Assembly (NCBI GenBank): GCA_963705105.1
Contig: CAVPIW010000010.1
Coordinates: forward strand, 1 to 64,000
Origin: an uncultured Nitrospiraceae bacterium
GTDB taxonomy: Bacteria; Nitrospirota; Thermodesulfovibrionia; Thermodesulfovibrionales; Dissulfurispiraceae
Length of the DNA: 64,000 nucleotides
Reading direction: 5' to 3'
Part shown: one piece after another, positions 23,466 through 35,114 of the stretch
Position numbering within the stretch: the first letter of the stretch is position 1
Layout: the number at the start of each line of letters is the position of its first letter
The notes under the pieces: model-generated
Databases searched by the model: none
Seen by the model: the letters and a program-made list of their open reading frames with translations, nothing else
Told to the model about the DNA's origin: nothing
Made by a program: the position numbers and the translations under genes

Positions 23466-23502
23466 GAAGCTCTCCGGGGAACTCCCGGAGAGCTTCTTTT
23501 TT
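23466..23502 (+). terminator. Intrinsic terminator after acs copy 2
   Basis: gaagctctccggg/cccggagagcttc stem followed by tttttt. Confidence 0.85.
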
Positions 23503-23518
23503 AATAATCCTCGTTTCA

Positions 23519-23799
23519 TTGCATGAGAAGGCGGGCCGAAGCGCTCTGAAAAACAGTGTCAGTGTCAGTGTGAGTGTCCGTAAAAGGTTAATTTTGTTCA
23601 GCCCTTTGACTGAAATGATCCGCATGGGAAGCGTCATAAATGTCGGGCCGTTCGGGGAACGGCCCCTACAGGAATCCACTTTTTGTGTCATCGATCGTTG
23701 GTTTATAGTTCGTCTTTCGTTTCGATACAGATGTCGCCGCAGCAAGGTTTTTGGCGCATACGCCCCGCCTTTACGGAGGGGTGTATGGAACGATAGGGT
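23519..23799 (+). repeat. Repeat family A copy 2 (long subtype with cagtgt/gagtgt hexamers)
   Basis: Near-colinear with 55139-55405, including gggccgttcggggaacggcccctacagga. Shares the family A ends. Confidence 0.85.
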
Positions 23800-23832
23800 A
23801 ATTATCAGGGCAGTTGAATATACGAAAGCCCT

Positions 23833-23925
23833 ATGCCTTGTCATTCCGGCTCGTCCGGAATCTTTCTCTTTCTCCGGAAGGATTGCCGATGCCCCCGCAT
23901 CAAGTGCGGGAGTGCGGCAATGACA
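23833..23925. repeat. REP-like element family D
   Basis: atgccttgtcattccggct...tccggaatct...tgcggcaatgaca; second copy at 47666-47743. Confidence 0.7.
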
Positions 23926-23970
23926 GTGGTACAAGTATTCAATTAGATAAGAGCAAAGGAAAAACATTCG

Positions 23971-25266
23971 ATGAGAATACTCAGAGAGAGAGACAAGATC
24001 GCGTCATTTCTCCGTGTGCTCAGGAAGAGGGCCGCCGGTGTCAGTCCGGAGACGGAGCAGCGTGTCAGGGATATCCTTGCTGCCGTAAAGAAAAAGGGAG
24101 ACGCTGCCGTCGAGGGGTACACGCGGACCTTTGACGGCCATGAGCTTCCCCTGATGGTCACGGCCGCCGAGATCAGAAAGTACGCGAAAAAGACGGACGG
24201 GAGGATCGTGAAGGCCCTCACGCTGTCGGCAAAGAGGATCGAGGCCTTTCACACGAGGCAAAGGGAATCGTCCTGGACATTTCAGAAGAACGGCATCCTC
24301 CTCGGCCAGATCATAGGGCCCATCGAAAGGGCGGGCGTCTATGTGCCAGGAGGCAAGGCGTCCTATCCGTCGACGGTCCTGATGAACGTCATCCCCGCCC
24401 AGGTGGCCGGCGTCAGGGAAATCGCCCTCTGCGTGCCTACGCCGCGGGGAGAGATCAACCCGGCTGTCATGTGCGCCATCGATCTCCTCGGCGTCAAAGA
24501 GGTGTATCGCATAGGCGGCGCCCAGGCGATCGGCGCCATGGCTTACGGAACGAAGACGATCAGGAAGGTGGACAAGATCGTCGGGCCGGGGAACATCTAT
24601 GTGGCCCTTGCGAAGAAGATGGTCTTCGGAGACGTCGACATCGACATGATCGCGGGCCCGAGCGAGATCCTGATCATCGCCGACGCGTCGGCCGACGCTT
24701 CCTTTATTGCGGCCGACCTGCTGAGCCAGGCCGAACACGACGAGCTTGCCTCCAGCGTCCTCGTCACGGATTCAGAGGAGCTCGCGCTCCGTGTCTCCGA
24801 CGAGCTGAAGAGGCAGCTCAAGGTGCTGAGGAGGAAGGATATCGCCGTCAAGTCCCTGAGGAAATTCGGCGCCATCATCAGGACCGGCTCGATCGCTGAA
24901 GCTGCCGAACTGGCCAATGAAATCGCTCCCGAACACCTGGAGATCATGACGAAGAAGCCCGAGCGGGACGTGAAGCTGATACGCAATGCCGGCGCCGCCT
25001 TCCTCGGTCCCTGGACGGCGGAGCCTCTCGGCGACTACTCGGCGGGACCGAACCACACGCTCCCGACAGGGGGGACGGCACGGTTCTCATCGCCCCTGGG
25101 CGTATACGATTTCATCAAGAGGATGAGTCTCCTGCAATTTGACGAGGAGGGATTCCGGCATCTCGCTGATGTCGTCGAAATGCTCGCCGACGAGGAGGGT
25201 CTCGAAGCGCACGCCAATACCATCAGGATCCGCAAGGCGGCACTGAGCAGGAAGAAGAAAGGTTAG
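23971..25266 (+). CDS. hisD: Histidinol dehydrogenase
   Basis: GVYVPGGKASYPSTVLM, KIVGPGNIYV, DMIAGPSE, DLLSQAEHD, APEHLE, GDYSAGPNHTLPT. Confidence 0.97.
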   Translation: MRILRERDKIASFLRVLRKRAAGVSPETEQRVRDILAAVKKKGDAAVEGYTRTFDGHELPLMVTAAEIRKYAKKTDGRIVKALTLSAKRIEAFHTRQRESSWTFQKNGILLGQIIGPIERAGVYVPGGKASYPSTVLMNVIPAQVAGVREIALCVPTPRGEINPAVMCAIDLLGVKEVYRIGGAQAIGAMAYGTKTIRKVDKIVGPGNIYVALAKKMVFGDVDIDMIAGPSEILIIADASADASFIAADLLSQAEHDELASSVLVTDSEELALRVSDELKRQLKVLRRKDIAVKSLRKFGAIIRTGSIAEAAELANEIAPEHLEIMTKKPERDVKLIRNAGAAFLGPWTAEPLGDYSAGPNHTLPTGGTARFSSPLGVYDFIKRMSLLQFDEEGFRHLADVVEMLADEEGLEAHANTIRIRKAALSRKKKG

Positions 25267-25268
25267 CC

Positions 25269-25385
25269 CTACTTCTCTTTTCTGACGCCCTTGAAAGGCT
25301 TGTTATCAGACTTCTGGTCCGTGAAGCGGCTGGTGGCGGCATCACGCTTGGTCCATCTGTCGTTCTGCGGATTATGGGTCTGACT
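25269..25385 (-). pseudogene. 3' fragment of a small conserved basic hypothetical protein
   Basis: SQTHNPQNDRWTKRDAATSRFTDQKSDNKPFKGVRKEK resembles a small-protein family I recall. The upstream part of the ORF does not look like a native N-terminus. Confidence 0.45.
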
Positions 25386-25550
25386 GGAAGAACAGTCCCA
25401 GATAGGCTCCCATGACCACGACGATGACGAAACAGGCCGGCATTGCGGCAAATACCTACCTCTCCTCCGATGGTTTCTCGATTTTGACGTCTATACCTGC
25501 CCTTTCACTCACCGGGAATCTCTACGCGCTCGCGTTAAAGTGGACACGCA

Positions 25551-27585
25551 TCACTGCGGAATGATTTTCGTATCACACTTTGACGTCGCAGGAAAGGGCC
25601 AGGGGAGAATGATGGCATTGGCGAATGTGTCCAATCCCCTGAATGTCCATCCCCGGGGAATCGACCCCTCCTGATTCCAGACGGCCGCTTCCTCATAGGT
25701 CATCACAGGCATCGGTCTCATCCACAGGTTGTCATCAGGATCGGTGTGCTCGATCTTGGACGGATAGAGACTGACGATGAAATAGGACTCGGTCAGCAGA
25801 TAGACACGCTTGTACTCTCCCGCCTTGAGCAGAGGAATGTGATACTGGTAGTCTGTCGGTGAAACATGCCTTCGGCGTCCAGTAGAAGGAAAACCTCACA
25901 TAGATGTCTTTGAGATCGTGGGAGAAGACGTCGGCAGTCATGGTGATGGGCCTGCCGAGAGGGTCCGTCTGCTGCAGAATCGCATCGCTTCCCGCGATAT
26001 ACCAGGTACTGTTCAGGCAGAACCGGTCCATGCTGTTATACACATCAAAAGGGGTGGGCTCTCCGATGTTACTGAATCCCACGACAACCGCCTCTGACTC
26101 TGCGCCGAGTCGTCCCTTGTAGACGATCTGGATGGACAGATCGACGGCTTCCAGGGGGATGGGATCGCTGCTCAGATCGAATTCGAGGGTGACGAACTCC
26201 GTGCGGGGAATTGACCGGATACCCTGGGCCTCCGGATAGACCTTGTATTCGAACTCTTCGGTCACGGGAACGGATGAGGTGCGGACACGGAAGGGATATT
26301 CAAGTGCCCGTTTGAATTTCACGACCAGTTCAATACTGCCGTCCCGCATCTCCTCGCCGGAGGAGGTGATGCTCAGTGCGCTGAGTGTCAGTTTCTGGAA
26401 CCCTTTGCCCGGATCGTCGTCGTAGTGGATGAAGGAGAAGACCCCTTTGTCGGTGGGGCCGATGTAGATGTTGCCCCGGAAGAAGTAGTCCAGGAGGTCG
26501 GCAGAGTACCCGACGGCACGGGGAATGAGATGGGAGGCGTAATCTCTGTAGATGTCGTCATACAGCACCAGGGGAAGAAATTCATAGCCCTTGTCGACCT
26601 GCTCGCCGGAGGAAAGTTTTCTCTTCACATCATAAGAGAAATATCCCATTGCAGCAAGGCGATATCCGTTCTTTTTATCCCTGATATAGATGACATTGTC
26701 TTTGATACGATCCTCCGCATCCGTCATTTCAGGATTCGCCCAATTGATGTCTCCATAGGTTGTGTCTTCGACTGCCGGATGGGGATAGCCTCTGAAGATC
26801 GTGTCTTCGCTGAAGAAATTGGCGTTGGTGAATTCGGTGAGGCCGACAGTAGGGCTCAGAGTGGCGAGAGGATTAAAGCCATTATATGTATTTGTGTCGA
26901 ATAGGGGCGTAATCGGGTACATGCCCGGTCGATTTGTTTCAGAAAACAGGACAGATCTGTCGAATGAAACGGGTGAAGTGAAATGGCGCAGGAACTCGGG
27001 ATGCTTTTTCAGCCAATATTCATAGTCGAAGCCGGAGGGATGGCCGTCGTTTCTCGCGTGAGAGGGGACCGAGGCGTCCTGCACGAGATGCATGAGCTGC
27101 CCGAGGGCACGGAAGGTCTTCGCCCATTGCTCTTCTTTTTCCCTGTTACTCTTTCTCGTGAGGGCCTGATAGAAATAACTTCTCGCATCATGCCACGAAT
27201 ACCAGCCCCCCTGTGATTGAGTCGTTCTTGGCAATTGGCCCCATATCACCGATGAATTCCATAATCCAAGATAACCGACATTGGAGAGGGGATCGTGGAA
27301 ATGGTTGAATGACCGCGAATAGGGCATGGCGAAGGGCGGCCTGTCTTCATAAAGTCCGCCGGCCTGAACCCAACTCCATACTTTCTTCCCCATCAAGTCG
27401 GTATCAACACCGTCCGTCATGCCGATTCTGGTCTTCAACATTGAATGAAGGGCGCTACCTGTAAAACCCAATGCAATATCCTTATTCAAAACTTTATGAG
27501 AGTCCGTTTCCAAGGCGAGACAGCAAGGAGAAGAGTAAATCATAATGAGAATAAGCAACACTATTACAGATCTAATATTTTGCAT
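25551..27585 (-). CDS. Large secreted protein with N-terminal zinc phospholipase C/P1 nuclease-like motif; one-base frameshift near 25869
   Basis: Signal peptide; NHFHDP and GQLMHLVQDASVPSHARNDGH motifs. After ccg aag g cat the +1 frame continues (HVSPTDYQYHIPLLKAGEYKRVYLL...) to TGA at 25551-25553. Confidence 0.65.
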
Positions 27586-28167
27586 TTAATATACCCCCTT
27601 TAAACCAAACCGTCTATATTCTTCATTGATAGCCCGATAGAGAAGGGGAAGTTGTCTTGACCGCATGTCACTGAATCCGGATGGTACAGTTCTCAATCTT
27701 TCCTCTTCGGTCGCTAACCTTTTCAATTCAACGGTCACCCCTTTCTTGAACAGTCTCGCCGTATTATCAATACCAGTACTCAAAGGGCCATGCGGAAATT
27801 GCCGGAAATATGCAGTTTCAGGATAAGCGGTGTAGCCCGGTTTGTAGACGATGAACTCCGGTGTCTCACCCCTGGCGACGGGATAAAGACTGAAGAATAT
27901 ATGGGCAGGGATGTAGAATTCCCCCTTCTTATTCGTGAGCACTTCTTTTGCGTCAACAACGTCTGTGTCGGATTCGATCAAGCCATATGTTCTGATAGCG
28001 TAGCCAGCCACGACGACAGCGCCTTCTATCGGCTCTTTCGTGTCCGTGTCGATGACTTTCCCCTGAAAGGCATCCTCATAATAGACGATCCACCCCATAC
28101 TTGCATGAGCTGAAGTAGTGCAAACCAGAACGAGCAACGTCAGCATGATCACAATTCTTCCGAGCAT
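27586..28167 (-). CDS. Exported protein with carboxypeptidase-regulatory-like domain
   Basis: AAGGAGG RBS, signal peptide, GKVIDTDTKEPIEGAVVVA...TNKKGEFYIP...YKPGY. Confidence 0.75.
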   Translation of the reverse strand: MLGRIVIMLTLLVLVCTTSAHASMGWIVYYEDAFQGKVIDTDTKEPIEGAVVVAGYAIRTYGLIESDTDVVDAKEVLTNKKGEFYIPAHIFFSLYPVARGETPEFIVYKPGYTAYPETAYFRQFPHGPLSTGIDNTARLFKKGVTVELKRLATEEERLRTVPSGFSDMRSRQLPLLYRAINEEYRRFGLKGVY

Positions 28168-28192
28168 CAGCACCCTCCTTCCTGCAACTTCC

Positions 28193-28705
28193 CTAAAACT
28201 TGTCGATTCTCCAGACCCCGTCGGCGTCCCGTCCGAAATAAACGTAATAGGTAATCTGCGACGCCTTGCCGTTGATGACATGTGTGCGCAGCGTCCTGCA
28301 CTTGGCGACGTCGTTTTCCAGGTAGATCATTTCGATATCCTTCATGTCGGAGGCGATCCGGGGGAGATTATCGACAAGGGCACTGAATGTCTCCCTGTAC
28401 CTCTGACGGGCATGTTTCATGAAATGCTGTACCGCCCCGTCAACGTCCCTGCGGGACAAGGCCGCCTTCATGTCACTCCACCTCTTCTTCAGTATCCCGT
28501 CGATCTCCTCCCTGGAAGATGCCGTATCAGAGACTGAATAGGCATAGGTGTCTTCTTTGTTATCGGTGACAAAGATGGCAGGATGATAGGTGCCGTTTGC
28601 CGGGGGAATCACCTGTGACAGGGCCGGGCCTGTAGACAGAAGGAAGATGCAGAGCGTTTGGCAGGCGAAGATGACATGCTTTCTGAAACATTCATGTTTC
28701 TTCAT
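28193..28705 (-). CDS. Exported protein with NTF2/SnoaL-like C-terminal domain
   Basis: AGGAG RBS, signal peptide, WSDMKAALSRRDVDGAVQHF...YYVYFGRDADGVWRIDKF. Confidence 0.65.
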   Translation of the reverse strand: MKKHECFRKHVIFACQTLCIFLLSTGPALSQVIPPANGTYHPAIFVTDNKEDTYAYSVSDTASSREEIDGILKKRWSDMKAALSRRDVDGAVQHFMKHARQRYRETFSALVDNLPRIASDMKDIEMIYLENDVAKCRTLRTHVINGKASQITYYVYFGRDADGVWRIDKF

Positions 28706-28965
28706 TGCGCACTCCTGTTGAATCAAGGTGAGTATCGCTTTAACGATATTCCAATTGTCGGTCTAATGACAGTGATTGTCCGCACAGAGGACACCGAGGG
28801 ATAGGCATTTTCGATTGCATCTGGATTTCACCTGTCATCGGAGTGACTCGCGGGAATGGGGGGCGGGAAGGGAGACATCATCATCATTGTGGCAGAAGGG
28901 GGTAACCGACATCAGCAGCGAAGGCCGCCTTGTGCAGGAGACGTTCGCGACCCGACCGCGCGGAA

Positions 28966-30390
28966 CTACGGCAGGTTCAGGACCATGAGGCGCAGTTCCG
29001 TCATCTCTTCGATGGCATACCGCACGCCCTCCCTGCCGAAGCCGGAGACCTTCACGCCGCCGTAGGGCATATGGTCGACGCGGTAGGTGGGCACGTCGTT
29101 GACAATGATGCCGCCCATCTCCAGTGCTTCGAAGGCCCTGAAGGCATGGCCGAGATCGGAGGTGAAAACGCCGGCCTGGAGACCGAAAACCGAATTGTTG
29201 ACCGCAGCCAGCCCTTCTTCGAAATCCTTCACCTTCACGACCGTCACGATGGGGCCGAAGACCTCCATGCAGCTCACCTTCATCTCCGGCGTCGTGTCCG
29301 CCAGGACTGTCGGCGCATAGAAATTCCCGTCCTTCCTGCCACCGGTGAGAATTTTCGCTCCCTTGTCGACGGCCTCGCCGATCCAGGCTTGTATCCTCTG
29401 CATGTTGTCCTCATCGATGACGGGACCGACATCGGTCTCGTCCGACAGGGGGTCGCCCAGGCGGAGCTTTTCGACGAGGGGGATGAACTGCGAGAGAAAG
29501 TCGTCGTAGACCTTTTCATGGATATAGATGCGCTGCACGGAGATGCAGACCTGCCCGGCATAGGAAAAGGCGCCGGTGACGCACCGCTTCACGGCGTAGT
29601 CGAGGGAGGCGTTCTCGTCGATGATGACGCCGGCATTGCCGCCCAGCTCAAGGAGCACCTTCTTTGCAGGCACCTTCGCTTTCAAAGCCCATCCCACGGG
29701 AACGCTCCCGGTGAAGCTGAAGATCTTTGTCCTCTCGTCCGTCACCATGGCCTCGGCTATCCGGGAATCGCAGGCGAGGATGCTGATCGCCTCTCCGGGC
29801 AATCCCGCTTCGAGGAGGATCTCCCCGAGGATGAGGGCTGTGAGGGGTGTTTTGGACGCCGGCTTCAGGATGAGCGGGTTGCCTGATGCTATGGCCGGCG
29901 CGACCTTGTGGGCGACGAGGTTCAGGGGGAAATTAAAGGGCGAGATGGCCATGACGGGGCCCACGGGAAACCTACGCGTGATGCCCCATCTCCGCTCGGA
30001 GATAGCGTTCCTGTCGAGGGGGATCACCTCTCCCCCGATCCGCGACGCCTCTTCCGCCGCAATCCTGAATGTCAAAGCCCCCCGGTCCGCTTCGACGCGG
30101 GCATCTCTGACGGGTTTTCCGGATTCCGTCGCGATGGTCCGCGCGATCTCCTCCTTCCGCTTCAGGATCAGGTCCGCCGCGGCGTTCAGTATCGCCGACT
30201 TCCTGTGAGAAGGGAGTGCCGCCATCGTCGCCGTCGCCGCCGAGGCGATGGCGAGCGCCCTTTCGGCCTCTTCCGCGCCTGCACGGCTGACTTCGGCTGC
30301 CACTGAGCCGTCATAGGGGTTGATGACGGCCATGGTCTCTTTCGTGTGCACCCATTGCCCTCCGATGAGGATAGCCCGTGGATTGCTCAT
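28966..30390 (-). CDS. NAD(P)-dependent aldehyde dehydrogenase
   Basis: [50 protein letters not shown]. Confidence 0.93.
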   Translation of the reverse strand: MSNPRAILIGGQWVHTKETMAVINPYDGSVAAEVSRAGAEEAERALAIASAATATMAALPSHRKSAILNAAADLILKRKEEIARTIATESGKPVRDARVEADRGALTFRIAAEEASRIGGEVIPLDRNAISERRWGITRRFPVGPVMAISPFNFPLNLVAHKVAPAIASGNPLILKPASKTPLTALILGEILLEAGLPGEAISILACDSRIAEAMVTDERTKIFSFTGSVPVGWALKAKVPAKKVLLELGGNAGVIIDENASLDYAVKRCVTGAFSYAGQVCISVQRIYIHEKVYDDFLSQFIPLVEKLRLGDPLSDETDVGPVIDEDNMQRIQAWIGEAVDKGAKILTGGRKDGNFYAPTVLADTTPEMKVSCMEVFGPIVTVVKVKDFEEGLAAVNNSVFGLQAGVFTSDLGHAFRAFEALEMGGIIVNDVPTYRVDHMPYGGVKVSGFGREGVRYAIEEMTELRLMVLNLP

Positions 30391-31955
30391 TGCCTGTCCC
30401 TCAGAAGCTTGTAATCGATGCTGTCCACAAGGGCCTGCCAGGACGCCTCGATGATGTTTTCCGAGACCCCGACGGTCCCCCAGCGGTTCTCGTCGTCGCC
30501 GGATTCGACGAGGACACGGACCTTTGCCGACGTGCCCTTGCCTGCCGTCAGGACCCGCACCTTGTAGTCGTGGAGCTTGACGCTTCTCAACTGGGGATAG
30601 AACTTCTCGAGGGCCTTTCTCAGGGCGTTGTCCAGGGCGTTCACGGGACCCTGGCCTATGGAGGCCGTGTGCTCGACGCTCTTGCCGACCTTCACCATGA
30701 TCGTCGCCTCGCTCAGCGGTTCTTCACTTTCCTTCCTCTTCTCGATGATGACCCTGAAGCCGATAAGGTCGAAGAAACGCCGGTGCAGCCCCAGGGACTT
30801 CTTCAGGAGGAGCTCGAAGGACGCCTCGGCCCCCTCGAACTGGAATCCCTGGTGCTCCAGCTCCTTCAGGTTTGTAAGGATGCCCTGTATTTCCGGGGAG
30901 TCCGCATCGACACGGATGTTGAACTCTTCCGCCTTCCTGAGGATGTTGCTCTTCCCTGCAAGGTCCGAAATGAGGACCCGCTGTGAATTGCCGACGAGTT
31001 CGGGCCTGATGTGCTCGTACGTTTCCGACCGTTTTCTTACGGCGCTGACGTGGATGCCTCCCTTGTGGGCGAAGGCGCTGTCTCCGACGTAGGGCTGGCG
31101 TCTGAAGTGACGGAGGTTGGCGATTTCGTTCACGTAGCGGGAGACGTCCCGGAGCTTTTTTATCTGGCCGTCGTCGACACAGCGGATGCCGAGCTTGATC
31201 TGCAGGTTGGGGATGATGGAGCAGAGGTTCGCGTTGCCGCAGCGCTCCCCGTATCCGTTGATCGTCCCCTGGACCTGGGAGGCGCCGAGTTCGACGGCGA
31301 TGATCGAGTTCGCCACGGCGCACTCCGAATCATTATGGGCATGGATGCCCACGGGCTTCGTCACGTTTTTGAGGACGTCCCCGACGATCCGGCGCATCTC
31401 GTGAGGGAGTGTCCCGCCGTTCGTATCGCAGAGAACGAGACAGTCGGCCCCGGCCTCTCCGGCTGCCTGGAGGCAGTTCAGGGCGAAGGCAGGGTTGTCC
31501 TTGTACCCGTCGAAGAAATGCTCGGCGTCGAAAAAGACCTTTTCCGCGTGCTCCTTGAGATAGGACACCGAATGGGCGATGATGTCGAGGTTCTCCTCAA
31601 GGGAGATCTTCAGGGCCTCCCGCACCTGGAAGTCCCAGGTCTTTCCGAAGATCGTGAAAACCCGGGCCTTCGAATCGAGCAGGCTCCGGATGTTCGCGTC
31701 TTCGTCGACCTTGTACCCGGGCCGATGGGTGCTCCCGAAGGCGACGATGGCGGCCCCGGAAAGCGACAATTTTCTTGCCTTGCGGAAGAAATCCGCATCC
31801 TTGGGGTTGGAGCCGGGCCAGCCGCCCTCGATGTAATGGACGCCGAACTCATCGAGTTTTTCGGCGATCCTGAGCTTGTCCTCGACGGAGAAGGAGATCT
31901 CCTCCGCCTGGGCCCCGTCCCGGAGGGTCGTGTCGTAGATCTCGACGGTGCGCAT
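30387..31955 (-). CDS. cimA: Citramalate synthase
   Basis: [62 protein letters not shown]. Confidence 0.92.
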   Translation of the reverse strand: MRTVEIYDTTLRDGAQAEEISFSVEDKLRIAEKLDEFGVHYIEGGWPGSNPKDADFFRKARKLSLSGAAIVAFGSTHRPGYKVDEDANIRSLLDSKARVFTIFGKTWDFQVREALKISLEENLDIIAHSVSYLKEHAEKVFFDAEHFFDGYKDNPAFALNCLQAAGEAGADCLVLCDTNGGTLPHEMRRIVGDVLKNVTKPVGIHAHNDSECAVANSIIAVELGASQVQGTINGYGERCGNANLCSIIPNLQIKLGIRCVDDGQIKKLRDVSRYVNEIANLRHFRRQPYVGDSAFAHKGGIHVSAVRKRSETYEHIRPELVGNSQRVLISDLAGKSNILRKAEEFNIRVDADSPEIQGILTNLKELEHQGFQFEGAEASFELLLKKSLGLHRRFFDLIGFRVIIEKRKESEEPLSEATIMVKVGKSVEHTASIGQGPVNALDNALRKALEKFYPQLRSVKLHDYKVRVLTAGKGTSAKVRVLVESGDDENRWGTVGVSENIIEASWQALVDSIDYKLLRDRQ

Positions 31956-31963
31956 ATAGACGC

Positions 31964-33184
31964 TCAGGCCGCGTTCGCCAGGCCGAATGCGTCGTGCAGC
32001 ACCCTGACGGCCAGCTCGGTATACTTCGCGTTGATGACGCAGGAGACCTTGATCTCGGACGTGCTGATCATGAGGATGTTGACGCCGTGCGTCGCCAGGG
32101 TGCTGAACATCTGTGCGGCCACGCCGGAGTGGGTCCTCATGCCGACACCGACGACGGAGATCTTTGCGATGTCGTCACGCATCGCGACCCCCTTCGCCCC
32201 GAGCATGTCGGCGAGATCCTGTGTCAGCTTCATCGCCTTTTTGCTCTCCGTTTTGGGCACCGTAAAGGAGATGTCCGCCGCTTTGCCGTCGCTGCTGACG
32301 TTCTGCACGATCATGTCGACGACGATGTTGTTTTCGGCGATGCCCTTGAAGAGCTGCGCTGCGATGCCTGGCTTGTCGGGGACGCCGACGACGGTGATCT
32401 TCGCCTGGTTCTTGTCGTATGCCACACCTGAGACCACAACCTCTTCCATATCCTTGTCCTCCTTGGTGACGAGCGTGCCGGGGTTATCATTGAAGCTCGA
32501 CCGAACGACGACGGGCACACTATATTTCATGGCGAATTCGACGGAGCGGGTCTGGAGGACCTTGGCGCCGAGGCTCGCCAGTTCGAGCATTTCCTCATAG
32601 GAGATTTTTTCCAGTTTCCGGGCCTCCGGGACGATGTTGGGGTCCGTCGTGTAGACGCCGTCCACGTCCGTGTAGATCTCGCAGAGGTCGGCATTCAGGG
32701 CCGATGCGATGGCGACGGCCGAGAGGTCCGACCCGCCCCTGCCGAGGGTCGTCACATCTTCGCTCTCCGTGATCCCCTGGAAGCCGGCGATGACGATGAC
32801 GTATCCCTTGTCGAGGGCCTTTTTCACGCGGTCCGCGTTGATCTTCGCTATCTTCGCCTTCGTGTGGACCGCGTCTGTGATGATGCCGACCTGTCGTCCC
32901 GTGAAGGCCATGGCCTTCTGCCCGAGCTCTTCGACGGCCATGGCCGTCAGGGCGCTCGTAATCCGCTCGCCCGACGACAGGAGGAGGTCCATCTCCCTGT
33001 CACTGGGGTTCGAAGAGATCTTGTGGGCGAGGCTTATCAGGTTGTCCGTCTCGCCGGCCATGGCCGAAACGACGACGGCCACGCTGTTGCCCTCACGGGC
33101 GGTCTTGACGATGCGGCCCGCCACTGCCTTTATCCTCTCGACGTTGGCGACCGACGTTCCTCCGTATTTCTGAACGATCAGCAT
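31964..33184 (-). CDS. lysC: Aspartate kinase
   Basis: [23 protein letters not shown], two ACT domains, ISTSEIK. Confidence 0.96.
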   Translation of the reverse strand: MLIVQKYGGTSVANVERIKAVAGRIVKTAREGNSVAVVVSAMAGETDNLISLAHKISSNPSDREMDLLLSSGERITSALTAMAVEELGQKAMAFTGRQVGIITDAVHTKAKIAKINADRVKKALDKGYVIVIAGFQGITESEDVTTLGRGGSDLSAVAIASALNADLCEIYTDVDGVYTTDPNIVPEARKLEKISYEEMLELASLGAKVLQTRSVEFAMKYSVPVVVRSSFNDNPGTLVTKEDKDMEEVVVSGVAYDKNQAKITVVGVPDKPGIAAQLFKGIAENNIVVDMIVQNVSSDGKAADISFTVPKTESKKAMKLTQDLADMLGAKGVAMRDDIAKISVVGVGMRTHSGVAAQMFSTLATHGVNILMISTSEIKVSCVINAKYTELAVRVLHDAFGLANAA

Positions 33185-34404
33185 CAGTCCATTTCCTCCC
33201 TGATAAAGTAGTCCATGAGCGTGTATCCTTTCTCAACGGCCATGACCCCGGGCCTCTCCGTTATGGATTCGTCATAGGTGACACCATCATTGTCCCGCTT
33301 CATCCTGCTGTCGAAGATGACGAAGGGGACCGGCTCGGGCGTGTGGGTCTTCACTTCGACGGGCGTCGCATGGTCGGGCATGAGGAGGATCCGGTATTCG
33401 TCGAAACGCTCCTTCAGGCCCTGCATGACAGCGCCGACGACGAGCCTGTCGAAATCCTCGATGGCCTGTATCTTGTCGCGCCAGCTACCGGTGTGACCGG
33501 CCTCGTCGGGCGCCTCGACGTGGATGTAGACGAAATCGGTATCCCTCAGGGCATCCAGGGCATAGGCAGCCTTGCCCGCGTAGTTCGTGTCGAGCCAGCC
33601 CGTCACACCCGGCACCTGGAGGATGTCAAGACCCGCATAAATGCCGAGTCCCTTGGTCAGATCGACGGCCGATATGAGGGCCCCCTTCAGGCCGTACTTT
33701 TCCCTGTAGTCCGGCACCATGGGCTTTCTCCCCTGGCCCCACAGCCAGATGCTGGTAGCCGTCCTTTTGCCGTTTTCACGCCTCCGGAGGTTCACCGGGT
33801 GTCTCTCAAGGACCGGCACGGAGCGGGTCATGAGGTCCCGCAGGACCTTCCCGCCGTCACCCTCGGGGAGGTACGCCGCGATCTGCCTGTCTGTGATGTC
33901 ATGAGGCGGCGTGCACCGGATGTCGGTCTTCCCGTTTTTCCAGACGAGCAGATGGCGGTAGCTGACGCCGGGATGGAAGGTGAACTCATCGGAATCGAAT
34001 TCCTCCTTCAGTGCCTGGATGATCTCCCGCGCCTCTGCCGTCGTGATGTGACCGCTGCTGTAATCCTCCATGACGGCGTCCGAGCGGTCATCGTTGAACC
34101 GGAGGGTCACGAGATTGCACCGGTATGCGACATCACTGTCCTCGAGGGCGACGCCGATGCTTGCCGCTTCGAGAGGCGCCCTCCCGGTATAGAAGGACGC
34201 GGGGTTATAGCCCATGATACTCAGGTTGGCGACGTCGGAGCCCGGCGGAAAACCCTCCGGCACCGTCCGGACCCGGCCGATGATGCCATGCCGCGCCAGA
34301 CTGTCCATGTGTGGTATGTGGGCCTTTTGAAGAGGAGTCAGTCCCCCCAGCTCCCCGATGGGTCTGTCCGCCATCCCGTCGCCGATAATGACAATATATT
34401 TCAT
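33184..34404 (-). CDS. apgM: Cofactor-independent phosphoglycerate mutase family, archaeal ApgM type
   Basis: [40 protein letters not shown]. Confidence 0.88.
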   Translation of the reverse strand: MKYIVIIGDGMADRPIGELGGLTPLQKAHIPHMDSLARHGIIGRVRTVPEGFPPGSDVANLSIMGYNPASFYTGRAPLEAASIGVALEDSDVAYRCNLVTLRFNDDRSDAVMEDYSSGHITTAEAREIIQALKEEFDSDEFTFHPGVSYRHLLVWKNGKTDIRCTPPHDITDRQIAAYLPEGDGGKVLRDLMTRSVPVLERHPVNLRRRENGKRTATSIWLWGQGRKPMVPDYREKYGLKGALISAVDLTKGLGIYAGLDILQVPGVTGWLDTNYAGKAAYALDALRDTDFVYIHVEAPDEAGHTGSWRDKIQAIEDFDRLVVGAVMQGLKERFDEYRILLMPDHATPVEVKTHTPEPVPFVIFDSRMKRDNDGVTYDESITERPGVMAVEKGYTLMDYFIREEMD

Positions 34405-34640
34405 AGTGTCCCCTCGTTTCCCTCGATCACTTCTACCTCCACCCCTTCATCCCTGAGGGATTTGATGCCCCTCTCCACGTTATCCTCGGACCCCTCGAGG
34501 TCCAGGACAATTTCACCGACCGTTTCAGTAACCCTGGCCCTCCTGATGTTCGGCATCACGTCGTAGTTTTTCGCCATGGTAAAGATGACCGGTTCCTTGA
34601 TCAGACGCTGGGGAAATGTCAGCTTCACGCGCTTTTTCAT
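34401..34640 (-). CDS. NIL domain protein
   Basis: VKLTFP...EPVIF...PNIRRARV...GEIVLDLEG; AAGGAG RBS. Confidence 0.85.
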   Translation of the reverse strand: MKKRVKLTFPQRLIKEPVIFTMAKNYDVMPNIRRARVTETVGEIVLDLEGSEDNVERGIKSLRDEGVEVEVIEGNEGTL

Positions 34641-34709
34641 CGTCTGCTCCTTCCGCACGCAGGGCACGGGGAGGCCGTCATGCAGCGTCACGGGCGGGCT
34701 GCGCCGGGA

Positions 34710-34988
34710 TTACCGGTACCCGCCCGCTATGGCCGGCACGATCGAGATCTCGTCGCCGTCCTTGACGACGGTCTGCTCGGCCTGGAGGAAGCGGATGTCT
34801 TCCTCATTCACGTAAACATTCACGAACCGCCTGACTTTATTTGACTCCGTGATCCTTTCGGCGATGCCGGGATACCGGGCGTCGAGATCGAGGATCATGT
34901 CGATAATGGTTCCCGGTTTTCCCTCCACATCCTCTTTCCCCTGTGTCAGTCTCTGGAGAGGAGTAGGGATTCTCACGATGACTGCCAT
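34710..34988 (-). CDS. MoaD/ThiS/CysO-family ubiquitin-like sulfur carrier
   Basis: VRIPTPL, RRFVNVYVNEEDIRFL, C-terminal VPAIAGG-YR; GGAGGT RBS. Confidence 0.9.
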   Translation of the reverse strand: MAVIVRIPTPLQRLTQGKEDVEGKPGTIIDMILDLDARYPGIAERITESNKVRRFVNVYVNEEDIRFLQAEQTVVKDGDEISIVPAIAGGYR

Positions 34989-35114
34989 GCTGCCACCTCC
35001 CTGTGATATTGAAAAGTGCCCCGATCCCGGCAACATGCCGGGGGACTAATACTACGATAAAATAAAGTAATATTTTACTCTAAAGGGAGATGAAATGGAA
35101 ACAGAGACTTCCCG

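Noticed and set aside
21577..23967. 796-aa antisense ORF and similar long shadow ORFs (e.g. 31011-32600, 37056-38462)
   Set aside because: They are antisense to well-supported genes, an expected by-product of high-GC codon bias, and carry no motifs.
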